The position numbers and the translations under genes were made by a program. A model generated the notes under the pieces. The model saw nothing but the letters and a program-made list of their open reading frames with translations. It had not been told where the DNA came from and searched no databases. Shown here one piece after another: positions 49,321 through 61,653 of a DNA stretch of 64,000 bases (within the stretch, counting starts at the first letter, position 1; the number at the start of each line of letters is the position of its first letter). The DNA comes from Phaeosaccion multiseriatum (lineage: Eukaryota; Protista; Ochrophyta, other classes): contig OZ218954.1 of NCBI GenBank assembly GCA_965112735.1, forward strand, positions 1,240,001-1,304,000. Reading direction: 5' to 3'.

Positions 49321-50211
49321 GAGTTGATGAAAGACGCCACACAGGCATACGGGTAGCGCAAGGCAGGCAACGGGAATCCATTACGTAGCAAAGCAACAGC
49401 ACGGGTGGGGGGGGGGGGGGGAGGAGAGGGAGTGAAGGGGGGGGGGGTGGGAGGGGGATGAGAGAGTGGCGGAGGGAAGGGAGGGGCAGGCCGAAGATCA
49501 CGCGCAGGAAACACCAAAGTCGGAACTACCCCTCTTTTCCACGGCATCCACATGTTTCTTGCGCTGATCAGCCTCCAAAGCTTCGCGGTTGCTCAAGGGG
49601 GTGGGCGAAGGACTGAAGCCGTGGAGTGCTGGGGAAGAGTGGGCTGGAGTGTTCTTTGAATCAATCACATGACTTGAGTGAGAGGATCCGAGAGAGCCTC
49701 AGGCAGGCGGTGGAGCGAGTAGGGGGCTGCTTCCTTGTCGGTCGCTCCGGGGTAACTGCCAAGGCACGAGGAAGGCATCACGTCGCTCGGGCGGAGAGGA
49801 GAGGAGAAGCATGCTGCTTGCAGGTCTGGGTCTTGGCTTTGTTGGCGATGAGCAAGTAGGGCAGGCGAGAGTGGCAACGGGGTAGGATGGATTAGGGGTA
49901 CAGAGATTGTAATGCAATGCATGGAAGATGGATGGCGCAGGTGGGAGGGAGTGGCAACGGGGAAGAATAGTGTGTAGGGTAGGGAATTGTGTGGCACAAT
50001 GTAATATACAAACATAACATGTGGCGACAGAGCATGCTGTGATACAAAGTCTATTTTTTCGAGTCCAAACTGGAGGCCCAAAACTAACACAGGAGCGCCC
50101 CCGCGGCTCGAGCTCTTGAGCTCTTCGATTCGATGCTTATGTATGTTTGTGTGTGTGTGTGTGTGTGCGTACGGACGAAACAACAACATCAGAGAACCCC
50201 CCCCCCAAATA

Positions 50212-51852
50212 TCAGTCGAAGTACGCCATTTGGCCGGCCTCCTCAAAGTCGAAGAGACCACCCAACTCCTCTGCGGGCTGGGGCTCTACAATGACAGCTT
50301 CGAACATTTTGGCCTTAGGGGGTTCGAAGAGAATGTCCTTCATACGCGACATACCACCCTTTGGAGGGCCCCCCTTTGCAGCACCATCAGCAGGTGGTGG
50401 TCCAGCAGCATCGCCATCACTGGGCTTCTTGTCGCCGCCATGGCTGCCTTTGAAGGACGAGCTGTGGGGGGAGGGATGGCAGTGGATGGATGGTAGATGG
50501 TGGCGGTTGAGGCCAATGTGGTTGTGTGGGTTGGTGGTGGGGAGGATGAGAAGAGATTTTAAGATGGAGGGAGGTTTGCGGAGAAGAGGGAGAGCGAGGG
50601 CGGGGAGGGCAAGAGAGAGAGGGACAGAGTGAGCGAGATGGAAGGACAGAGGGCAAGAGAGACGCAAGCGAATGGAAGGAGAGGGGGAAAGAGCGAGAGG
50701 GGGCGAGAGCGAGGGGGGGGCAGAGGGAGAGAGAGGGATAAAAAGAGAAGGAGAGAGCACGCGCGTGTAGGCACTCGTACGCACTGTGACGCCTTCGGTA
50801 GTGGAAGGCAGTGAAAGGCTGGTGTTACCCATGCTCCAACCTTCGAGTGCCGCAGAGTCAGCAGGGGGAGACCTTGGCTCGGTCTGATCTGGCGGGCTCT
50901 CCCTCCCCTCCCCTCCGTTCCTCCCTCCCTTCCTCCTCCCCTCTCTCCCTCGCTCCCTCCCTCTCACCTCTTCCTCCAGGACTCAAAGTCAAGTTTGTGC
51001 ATCCAGGTGGTGTGGCTGATGTACCCCTGGTACCCGCTCTTTACTCGATCCTCCTCACTGTCCAGCTTGAGCATCATGAACTGGATGAAGCCTGAGCAGC
51101 TCTCTAGCTTGCTCTCTCGCTCCCTTGAGGTGCGAGGAGAAAAGGCGACGGTGGGTATATGCGGCGAGTGTGAGTGGAGAGTGTGCCCTGAACAATGTCT
51201 TGGTCTGACTCATGTACATACGACTGCGCACACCATATACCACACTATTCAACGACGCCGGCGACACACCTACCTCCATATGCGCTCGAATTCCTCCTCG
51301 TTGCCCAACTTGACCTTGAAGTTGTTCATGGCCACATATCGCATCGACATGCTGCCGCTGCCACTCCCACAGGCTCTGCTATTACATGCTACTCCTCCTG
51401 TTGCTGGCGACTGCTTTTATGAGGCACAAGGTAGCGGCAGTGGGAGGAGGAGGAGGAGGAGGAGGAGGAGGAGGAGGAGGAGGAGGAGGAGGAAGAGGGG
51501 AACGTTTAGCAGAAGCACGACACACACAGATGAAGGCAAGCACGACACCACACAGATGAAGGCGTGCAATGTCCCCCAGCGTCAGTAGAATTAACACAAG
51601 AAGGAAGGAGGAGCGGGGGTGGGGGGGATGAGAAATCATCCCGTGGATGGAATCTACAGGAGAAAAAAAACACTTGGCCGCTCCTCACCTGGGCTCGGGT
51701 GTTGGGAAGTGTGGGGTGTAAGCTTGGGCAGAAGGAGGATGCCAGGCCCAGAAGACTCAAGGTGACCACGGTCAACAGGCTCCTTGGAGGGGGGGGGGGG
51801 GAGTGTGAGCAGGGGGAGGTGAGGAGGGGTAGGAGGGAGGAGGTGAGGCCAT
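50212..51852 (-). CDS. IsdG/HmuD-like (ABM-fold) heme-degrading monooxygenase, probably plastid-targeted
   Basis: Spliced mature domain MRYVAMNNFKVKLGNEEEFERIWRERESKLESCSGFIQFMMLK...YISHTTWMHKLDFESWRKSSSFKGSHG retains the Asn/Trp/His positions of the IsdG family. The upstream exon ending at 51689 encodes LLTVVTLSLLGLASS-FCP. An in-frame ATG needs a 1-nt correction in the G-run at 51789-51801. Confidence 0.8.
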
Positions 51853-52307
51853 GTGCCCAGAGGAGAGGCTGTAGTCCATCCACTCATCATAGTAGGTCAC
51901 GACTGCTGCTACTCTAACACTGCAGCTGGGTGTATATGACTAACACACACACATGTGACCGACACATGCAATTGCAATAAGGGCAACTTGGGCCTCCCGG
52001 GACCCCCTTTCCCACCTTCTTCGCGTACCTGGAGAACGCGGCGACCACCATATCTGCTCCTGCTCCCTGCCTTCCTGCTGCTGCTACTACTACGACTGCG
52101 GATGAATCTTCTCCTGCGCTTTAGTCCAGCAGAGAGATGTTGGGAGGGGGGGAGGTGTTGGGAGAGGGGGTTGGATCGGTGTTGGAGGGAAAGCCATGGA
52201 TTGCCATCGAATGAGCGAGGGGAGAGGATCGAAAGAGCAAAAGCCGATCGCCGAAAGCCCCACAGACGAAAGGAGGAGGTACAGAGGAGAGGGTAAACTG
52301 TAAGGCG

Positions 52308-53553
52308 ATGGTGCGCACAGCAGCGCTATTAGGCGGGGTGGCTTTGTCATCTTTGGCCATGGAGCACTGCCTCGGGTTTGTGCTTGTGGGCCCTTCAGCG
52401 CTTCTGGAGCGGTCGTCTATGGCTCACAGGAGATCGGACGGGACGGGAGGAGGACCGCTGAGGCAGCAAGCACCTGTGCCAACTCAAAGTCGCAATTACT
52501 GCGGCTGTGGAGGTCAGCGAGGAGGAGGAGGCCGTGTGAGCTTGATGGCAAAGCCACCCAAGTTTACGTCCTCGTCGTCCTCCCCAAACAAAGGACCCTC
52601 GTCAGGAAAGAGGCGAGGCAACCGCAAGAGTGCCCAGGGAGACTTGCCTCCCATGGAGGACGGCTACATTAAGGTTGGGCCTGAGGAGGATGAAGCAGGA
52701 CCAAGCGGGGGAGGGGGAGGGAAAGCCGAAGAAGACCCGTGGAAGGGGCTGGGGAGGCGGCGGCAAGGGGGGGGTAGGATGGGGACGGAGGTCAATATAC
52801 AGCTGCGGAGGGACGACACAGCGAGGGATATGTTTCAGACGGTAAGTGGCAAGGATGGATGGGTGGATGGGCCAAGCTTCGAGCTGGGAAGGGGACACAG
52901 ACAGGCAAACCACTTACCTCTCTCTCTTCCCCCTCTTCCTCTATCTCCTCCCCTCCCTGCTTGCCTCCATCCCCTCTCGCTCTGTCTCATTGTCGAGTAT
53001 GGCAGCTCATGGGTGAGCTACTGAATGCGGAGAAGATGGAGGAGCTGCCCGGCATCATAACTAAGGTGAGGGGTAGTGTGTGTGTGTGTGTGTGTGTGTG
53101 TGTCTGCTTGTGGCCCAGGGAAGGCCGGATACGAAGCCGAGTACATATGGATGGAATGTCTGACCACCACTCTGTACTGCTCTGTGCTGCTTTCCCTCCC
53201 ATCTCATCCCCCCCCCCACACACACGCACGTACGCACCCAAACTGGCAGGACGGCATCCACGAAGCCCTACTCACGTTCGATCTGGACCACTTTAGCAGC
53301 AATCTCATCGACGCTGAGCCCACGGCGGAGGGACGGGAGGTGATGCGCAATGCTTTCACCTTCGTTGTGGACTTCCTTGAGGAGTTTGTAGACATGACCA
53401 GCCTTGTGGAGAAGCGCAATCAGCAGACCCTACGCAAAATCATCGACACCGCCCGAGAGGCAGGCTCCTCGGCCGCTCTGGACGAAGTGCTGATTGAGCT
53501 CAAGGACAGTTTGGACTTTGAGTTTGTGCAGTATCTGGAGGCAGAGGTGGAAC

Positions 53554-53608
<55 letters not shown>

Positions 53609-54798
53609 AGCGTGCGTTGTTTCAGGCTTTTATCTTACCGCTCTTTTCTCCCCTGTCTCTCTTCCGCCTCCTCTTCTCAGCTCTCCTCTTGTTTTGTGTC
53701 GTGAAGCTTTGTCGTGGTCCCATGCCGTGACGCCTGTGCGCCAAGCACTTCCAATTCCACCAAAGTGCTCCGTTTGTGCTCCATTATCCTCTGCCCTGTA
53801 CCGCGCCCTCCTCACCCTCTCACCGCCCTCTTACTGCCCTTCCCAGCTGAAGCGAAACGGCGGAACTGAGATGTCAGGCGTGCTGTCTATCATCCGATCG
53901 AGAGTGAGTGAGTGAGTGAGTGAGTGAGTGAGTGAGTGAGTGATTTTGTGAGCGATTGACTGAGTGAGTCAGTCAGTCATGCGCTTGTATGACTATCAAA
54001 CCGTCTAAGTGGACTTGAGTGTTGTTCTCTCCCTCTCTCTCCCTGTCTCTAACCTCTCTCCCCCCCCCCCTCTCTCCGCCTCTCTCTCTGTGTATGTGTA
54101 TGTGTATGTGTATGTGTGCTGCAGGTGTGCGAAGAGATCGACAAGTCCGTGGGGTTCGAAGCCGCGGCGCTGGGCAAGGTGTTGGGCTTCCAAGACAGGG
54201 AGATGAGCAAAGCGGTGAGGCGCCAGAGAGGGAGAGGGAAGAAAGAGGAGAGAGAGAAAGGGAGGACGGACATGCTTGCTGGAAAGACTAGAGACAGGGG
54301 CGAGGCAAAGTCAGAACCTTCAAAATATGTCTTGTGGGTCTGTTGTATGGTAGTCAGGAATTGAATTGTACACCGGCACCCCACCCCAACACGCCCTCTG
54401 TTACCCTCCGACTAAGCCTTCTTCGGTTCCTTTATGCACCCATACCCTGACACACACATCCGCACGAATGCACACAACGCACACACATATACCCACCCAC
54501 ACACACGCACACACACACACACATACGCACGCACGCGCACACACGCACGCGCACACAGGCAATCAAGGCGTCTCTGGAGAACCGCAGCGAGGCCGAGGTG
54601 GACTTGTTCGTGCAGCTCACCAACGCCACGCTTAGAGACGCCCTGGACAGGGGGGATGCTGTGGATCCAGAGCTGCCGCGCAAGCTCGGGTACGTGCTGG
54701 AGGACTGTGAGGCCCTGGGCTTCCGCCTCTCTCCAGCTGATGCGCAGATCAAGTCTATACCTCCCCCGGGACCGCCTACCGAGGAGGAGGAGGAGTAA
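52308..54798 (+). CDS. Plastid-targeted helical protein of unknown function
   Basis: Signal MVRTAALLGGVALSSLAMEHCLG-FV. Approximate exons 52308-52841, 53006-53065, 53250-53555, 53847-53903, 54125-54214, 54559-54798, joined by GT-AG introns in phase 0. Confidence 0.75.
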
Positions 54799-55741
54799 TC
54801 CTCATTTCGCCCCCAAGAGTCCCGAGGCTTTCTTGCCCTGACACCCGCTGTGCTGCTAGGGGCTCTGGTCTGCCCTGCCTATATGCCCGGCCGGTCTGCC
54901 AACCGGTATGCCCTGCGATGGACCATACGTACCAAGTGCCGCAGTAGGTAGGCGCGGAGGCCGGCTGCACTGAAACGAGAGCGCCCTCTACCCGCCCCGT
55001 CTTCGCGCTCCTCTCCTCTCCTCTCCTCTCCTCTCCCCTCCCCTCTCTGAGCGTTGAGTGGAAGGACAGATGGAGAATGCGAGGAATGTTCTGTGACGGT
55101 TCAGCACACACTCACTACAATACTCGGAGTCTTAACGTGTGCAGTGTGGTGGGGGGGGGGCAGCTGGGGATGCAGTAAGCTATCGCGGGCTGCCATCTGC
55201 TGCCATTTGGAGGGGTGGGAGACACTGCCCTCCCTCTTTTTTTCGCTAGGCCCTTTTAAAGAGCAGCTCTCGTTTGAGCATACGAGTGATCGGAAGAAGC
55301 AGGCAGGAGGAGGAGGAGGAGGAGGAGGAGGAGGAGGAGGAGGCCATGGTGAAGACGACAGGCCTGAAGACGGAAGTCTTACGCAACAGATACTGTATAT
55401 GAGTATGTTTGAGGCTTAAACAAAGCAGTATTATCTTATTATGGGATAGCGAGTGGTGCGCATGCGTGTGAAGAACCGGCCGGCCAGTTCAGCGTTATTC
55501 GTTTGGGGACTTTCGGCTGCGCCGCTGCTCCCTGCTGACTGGGCTGCTGCTGCGAGATGAGCTCAGAATCGTCCACCAGGGCAGGGGATGGAAGCGTAGT
55601 TCCTGTGGGTGCGTGTATGCGTGTGTGCGTGTGCGGTAGAGGGTGTCAGTGTGAGTGCGTTTCAGAATGGTTTGTAGGCGACAAGAGAACGCGAACGAGG
55701 GAGAAGCGACGCCGATATGAGATTCACAGCCACTCTTGTTC

Positions 55742-56371
55742 TTACCCAAAGCCGCAGTAGCGACAACTCAGGACATTGCCCACCATGCAGCCGAGATCTC
55801 CGTTGACACAAGTAGGGTCTGTGTAGCATGTCTGTCTGGCTCCGTTGGGGAGGTAACCCGGGCAAACGCAGTCAGGGTCGCGAAAGTCGAACTCGTCACG
55901 ACCACGGCCACCGCGGGGGCGGGGCCTCCTCTCTCCGTCTCTCCCGCCCCCCCGTCCTCCTCGCCCCCGTCTCCCCTCAAACGCTGGGTTAAACGTGGGG
56001 TCGATTGTGTTACCGCCGAATCTCGGACCTTGGCCTCCTCGTTCTCCTCGTCCTCCATCTCCTCCTTGTAGCTCTCTTCCCAGGCGCGGGTTGCTGTCGC
56101 GTGTCTGCGCGGAGGCACGAACATAGGACGAGGGCGGGGTGGCGGGGGGAAGGCCATCAGCCGATGTCATAACTAGATGATTACGATAGGCTCCATCTAT
56201 ACAGCACACACGAGCAAAGAGTGCTCAACAAGCGCGCTACCCTCTTTCTCTCTAGCTTGTTACCTCTGCATTCGTCGTCCCGACAAGCGCGAGGAGCAGT
56301 AGCAGCAGGATGGAGAAGCCCTTTCGGCCATGTCGGGACAGCCCAGCAGTGGCGGGAGCAGCGAAAGCCAT
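55742..56371 (-). CDS. Small secreted protein, copy A: signal peptide, RG-rich linker, C-terminal 7-Cys domain ending CRYCGFG
   Basis: Exon 1 56371-56264 (36 aa, hydrophobic core) and exon 2 56104-55742. Paralog of 59578-60551. Confidence 0.8.
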
Positions 56372-56696
56372 GGTAGAAGTGCTGTGATGAAAGAGTCTGG
56401 CCTCTTTCATGAGAACCTTCCTTGCTTTCGACACGATTTCACCTTTTTTGGGCCTTTTCATCAGAGGTGGGACGAGTGGGTCTTTACGGAAGTTCGAGGC
56501 CTGGCAGCTCTTCCCCCTGTCGATACGCGTCAGGTGTGACTCTGCAGCACCACCATGTGTCGCAAGGAGGCTTGGCAGGAGCAGAGCAGCAAGTGAAAAG
56601 GGGGCGTGAGTTGGCTGGATGAACGACTGCCAGAAGCCTCGTTGAGGCCGACGACAAGCCCGACGACTGCCGGCCCTCCTGGAGGAGGCTCAGGAG

Positions 56697-57158
56697 ATGG
56701 AGCTAAGTCAAGCTCAAGCTCAAGCCCAAGACCACTCCACACATTCCTCCAGAGGAAGGGCACCACCTCGCTTGCTTCGCGTGGGCGGAACGCCTGCAGC
56801 GAGCCAAGCAAAGGAGTTAGAGAAGCGCAGATGTGAGCCCGGGCTTCTCTCTGTGGGAGCAAGGGTTGAGGCAGGAACGACCTCCGGCACTTTACCCCTC
56901 CACCTTGCCGCGCAAAATGGCCACGAGGCAGTGGTTGATTGTCTCATCTCTGCCGGATCCCTCATCGATGCCCAGAGGTCCAACAGGTTCACCCCTCTGC
57001 TTACCGCCATCTGCAATGGCCGCCGCGGCACTGCGCTGCAGCTTCTCTCGGCCGACGCCTCTGTGGACAAGGTCCGGGAGGGCGCAAGGTTGAATGGATT
57101 GGGTCCTGAGATTGAGCAGCGGCTCACAGAGGCGGCAGCAGCCTTCTCCATGCCGTAG
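56697..57158 (+). pseudogene. Truncated or decayed ankyrin-repeat gene fragment
   Basis: About 2 ankyrin repeats (TLPLHLAAQNGHEAVVDCLISAG, FTPLLTAICNG) preceded by non-homologous sequence, with an early stop. Confidence 0.55.
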
Positions 57159-58064
57159 GGAGAGCAGGATTCCGCGGAGTGGAGTGTGGGAGAGTATGGC
57201 GGAGGAAGAACACTGACCGGGCTGAGCGAGGTGGATATACTGAGGGGTGGAGGAAAACGACTCCTCTGACGCGCAACAACACTGCCCCATCCTCTCCCTT
57301 TCAGCTCTCTGCTGGCAGGCCTTAGGAGAGGGCAAGTCAGGATAGGATGAGATACAAGAGACACCGCCTATGGCAGCCTATGGCAGACTGACTCGGCGGA
57401 ACAGCGAGCGAGCGAAGTGCATGGGGCCATCCGGCGGGAGCCAAGCGAAGGAGGGCGAGGGGGAAATGGGAGGGAAAGCAGCCGGCGGATATGGGTGTAG
57501 TGGCATTGGAATAAGATATAGGTTAGGGTATCGCGAGCACAAGTTGGGTGTGCGGCAGCTCGCTTGAAGCGAGGGACATCAAGGAGCAGCCTGACATGCT
57601 TCGATTAGACAACTTAGTACTGAATCAATTGATTCAACCGAGCCCAGGGCAAGCAAATTCCCAATTGTCGAGCGAGGGAAGAAATAGGGACTGTCGGAGT
57701 GAAGCGATAGAGTCGAGAAACTGAGCGAAGGGCGTTGGCCTTGAGCAGCGGCAGCAGCGGCAGCAGGAAGCTGACAAGCACAATACTAACAGGTCGGTGT
57801 CATGCGTTTCTTTGCCGTTCGCTGCCTGTCATACACTTCTACTGAGCCCGGCGCCTCTCTCGACCAGCCCCCGATCGTCTACACATCGTGAAATCCAGTA
57901 GGCTGCATGGGGGCCTTCAAGACTCTACTTTCCTTCTCCGATCCGATTTGGGCTCTCGCTGGGCCGGTCATTCCGCAGAGGAGGGCCCGCCCCGTAGGTG
58001 CCGCCCAGTGATGGAGTCGGAGAGCACAGCTGTTGCTGCCGCCTTCTCCTCCTCCCTCTTCGCT

Positions 58065-59028
58065 CTAGCTACACCCCATTCCATCCCGCCACTTAGTTGG
58101 GGCGCTCAATCGTGCGACGACTCTTCTGGCAGACTCTTCTCGGATGAGCTTAGAAATCTCAGGTTGGGCCAGTTCCTCAGCCGTCTTCCCAACAACATCA
58201 AGGTCACAGCCCGCACGTAGCAGGATCACAACCACTTTTATCATGGCCCGCAAGGGCCGCCATCTTCAGCGCAGTCAATCCTCGATGGCCTGTGGCATTC
58301 AAGCTTGCGTTGGCGGAGATGGGCTTTTTGACCACCGACGCGTGCGCGTGCCGAGTGCAGATGACCATATCAAGGGAGTCATCTGAAAGTCGTCAGGTTG
58401 GTCGATGGACGCTCCGGCGACCACCAGTTTATCCACCATGTCGACCCTTCCGCGCCGACTGGGTGCTATCATCGGCGTCTTGCCCCAGCGTCCTCCACTG
58501 CTGACAGTGGCCCTTTGCTGGAGCAGGAGGTCCACAAGTCAACGTCTGGGCGACCGCACATCACAGCCAAAACTATGGCGGTACTCCCATTCTTGTGTAG
58601 TGGCTGCTCCAAACTGGCTTGACCGTGCTCGGGAACTAGCTCCGTCAGGAATGCCTCCGTCGGTTGGTAGAGACGATCCGTCTGAGGGGCGGAGTGAGAG
58701 ATGAGGCGGACAGAGAGAGGGAGAAGGAGGGGGGGGGGGGGGACAAAAAGAGAGCAAAAAGGGGGGGAAGAAGTGAGAGAGAGGGCGGGGGGGGGAAGAG
58801 AGAGGGGTTAGTAAAGAGAACGAGAGAAATGAGGATGAAGCTGTCAGAGAGGTCAGTCAGCAAGACCGCGGCGAGAGGAGGCAGCAAAACGACGGGCATT
58901 CCGTCGAGGACGAGGCAACTTCCCATGTCATGCCCTCTGTCACTGACGGCCCCACCCCCACCGCTGCTTGACTTGACATTCCGTCTCCATTCCACACCTA
59001 CCTCGATGGTCATAAGTTCCTTCTCCAT
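58065..59028 (-). pseudogene. Frameshifted ankyrin-repeat pseudogene
   Basis: Mini exon 59028-59002 and an intron, then ankyrin repeats (GSTAIVLAV, GKTPMIA, MTPLIWS, LTALKMAALAGHDK/VVVILLRAG) broken by about 3 frameshifts near 58535, 58340 and 58238. The architecture resembles the 47470 gene. Confidence 0.7.
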
Positions 59029-59577
59029 GATGGGCGGTGCTGCCCTGTTGTGGGGCATTGTGGGGCAGGCTCTCTAAGGGCGCCCCCGATGCGTCAACGT
59101 TTTCGGCGTAAATCAATCGCTAGAATCCCTGTGCTCGACACACTAGGGACAGCAAAGAGGGGAATGAGCAGAAAGTAGCCGCCATCTTCCCCGAGCACTC
59201 TGAGCGAGACAAGTGCCTCGGCTAAGGGTGTGCGATCTTGGAGTTTCTGGAGAAGCTCCCATGGGGAGAAAAAAGGAGAAAAAAAAGGGGTTCTTCGAGG
59301 GGGGTGAAAGGTTTTGGGTTACCGGTGCCCAATTAATCTCATTTACTTTCGAGATACGCTCAGCATCGAGCGATAGAAATCAACAAAGGGATGATGAGGG
59401 CCGCTTGCGTGGTCGCCGGCTAGGGGAAACCAGGGCAGGGGATGGAAGCGTAGTGCCTGTTGGTGTGTGTGCGCATGTGTGCGTGCGAGGAGGCGGGGTG
59501 CCAGGGTGTCAGAGAACGCTTGTGAGCGACAATAGAGGGAGAACGACAGGGCAAGACGCCCACGTAGAGCTACCTAC

Positions 59578-60551
59578 TCACCCGAAACCGCAGAAACGGC
59601 AGCTCAGCACGTTGCCAACCATGCACCCGAGCTGCCCGTTGACACAAGTGGGGTCTGTGAAGCACGTCTGCCGAGCGCCATTCGGCAGGAAGCCCGGGCA
59701 CGCGCATTCAGGCTCGCCGCGGAACACGGGCTCGTCGTTGAAGTCGAGGCTGTCGGAGGAGTCCCAATCGTCACTGCTGTCGGAGGATGCGGAGTCGCTG
59801 CTGTCGGAAGACTCAGAGTCGCGGCCGCGATGATCTCGCGGTGGTCTCGGGCCTCCTCCTCCTCCTCCTCCTCCTCCTCTGCCTCGCATGTCCAACTGCT
59901 CCCACTGCAAGCCGTAGCGCCCCCCCCCCGGGGGCCCCCTCGCCCCTCCTCGACCAACACCGTTGCGGCGGTAGAGGATCTCGTCGGCGATCCAAGCTTC
60001 TTCACCCCCCCTTCCTCCTCGGTATCCCCCATTCCTTGTGCCGCGGAAAAGGGCCCAACCACGTCCCTGGTCAGACGTGGTTTCACCGAACTGCAGGGCC
60101 CTCACCCGCAGGTCGCCGGTCTCGCGCCTTCGAATCTGCAGAGTACATGTAGGAGACAATGGAAGGAGGAGGGCCGACGTCGACAGTTAACCAAGCCTGG
60201 GAACAGGCCCCATGGATGAGTATTCTATAGATGGCACATGGACAGCGAGGGCTTCGGCGTGCAGGGGATGGCAGCGCAAAACTCGAGATGTAAGTAGAGG
60301 CGAGGTTAGCTCCGAGTCTGCACCATCGCATAGGACAGCGAGACCAGGCCGACAAATGGGCGCCTTCCTACAAAGGGTTCTAAGCCTCACCCCTTCTCTC
60401 TCTCTCCCTCTCTCAATGGCGTGCAACTATATGCCGCTCTGACCTCCGCGTTAGCGACCCTGAGCAGCACGAGGAGCAGTAGCAGCAGGGCGGAGAAGCC
60501 CTTTCGACCATGGCCGGACAATCCAGTAGCGGTGGGAGCAATGGAAGCCAT
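59578..60551 (-). CDS. Small secreted protein, copy B: signal peptide, RG-rich and DSS-rich linker, C-terminal 7-Cys domain ending CRFCGFG
   Basis: Exon 1 60551-60444 (36 aa) and exon 2 60135-59578. The Cys domain is nearly identical to copy A and the 3' flanks are homologous (about 55575-55640 vs 59430-59490). Confidence 0.8.
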
Positions 60552-61653
60552 TGTAAGAAGTGTGACGAGGTAGTCTAGTGTCTCTTTCATCACAGGGGCT
60601 TTATAGCATTTCCAGAGCTAACTCCCTTATGGGGGGGTATTTCAGAGAGATGGGCTCCCATCCATCCGTACAGACAGACAGACAGGTAGACAGACGGAAT
60701 GACCTGGTGGCCGTAGCCCATGCGAAGGCCTGTCAGTAGCCCTTGCTCCCTCGATACGCGTCGCTTTGGCGGTACCGTCACGTACTCGGCCCCGAGCAGT
60801 GAGCAGCGATGAGCAAGAGGCGAAGGGCCCAAGGGGAGGGGGTAGCTAGGGGCGCAACTACTCGCCAATGAAGGAGGGTGTGAGTGCTGCTGCTGGCTGG
60901 CTTAAAAAAAACGCAGAGCTGATTGCTTTTATTACATCACTAGTACAGTGATGGTTGAGGAGAGAAAGGGAGGAGGGAACGATTTTCTGTCGAACCACGA
61001 GCGTACTTCATCGACCTTGGAGGGGTCCCACATTTCGCCTATGAGTGTAAGTGTGATCAGTATATATACATTTCGCCTACGAGTAGAGAACAAGCACCGA
61101 AAGGGGGGGGGGGGGGGGAGGGAGGGAATGTTGCCGCCTAGGCGGCCTAGGGCAGTTGCCAGCCAACTAGGCGGACGGTGGGAGTGCCCAGAGTGCAAAG
61201 AGTAGTCAGTTTCATTGCATGAGATTGGAAGTGAGGAGTAGACTTGGTTCGTGTTGTCTCTTTTCCACCTCGCTGGCCCTACGACTACTTTTGCAGGTGG
61301 TGCTTGGTTGTCGCCAACTGAGACTGGGCGGGCGGGCCCTTTTTTCCCCCCTTCCCTCTAACTACTCCGGCCAAAGCCCCCCATGTATCGTAAACCGTTC
61401 CCCACATCTAAAAAGTGCCAAGTTGTTGTTTCTAGGCCTGCACCACAGCCTGAATACTTTCGCTCCTGCAGGCCTGTGCTCCAGACTGCTTGAAGCTTGC
61501 TCAGTGGGTGTCCACTCCCCCCCTCCCCCATCTCCACCCTAAACGACACATCCCCTCCCTCTACGGCCCCCGGACAGCCCCCCATTCCAAAACGTCCGGA
61601 ACAAGTGGTGGTCAATCTATAATAAGTCAAGCCAAGCCGAATCACCAATCACC

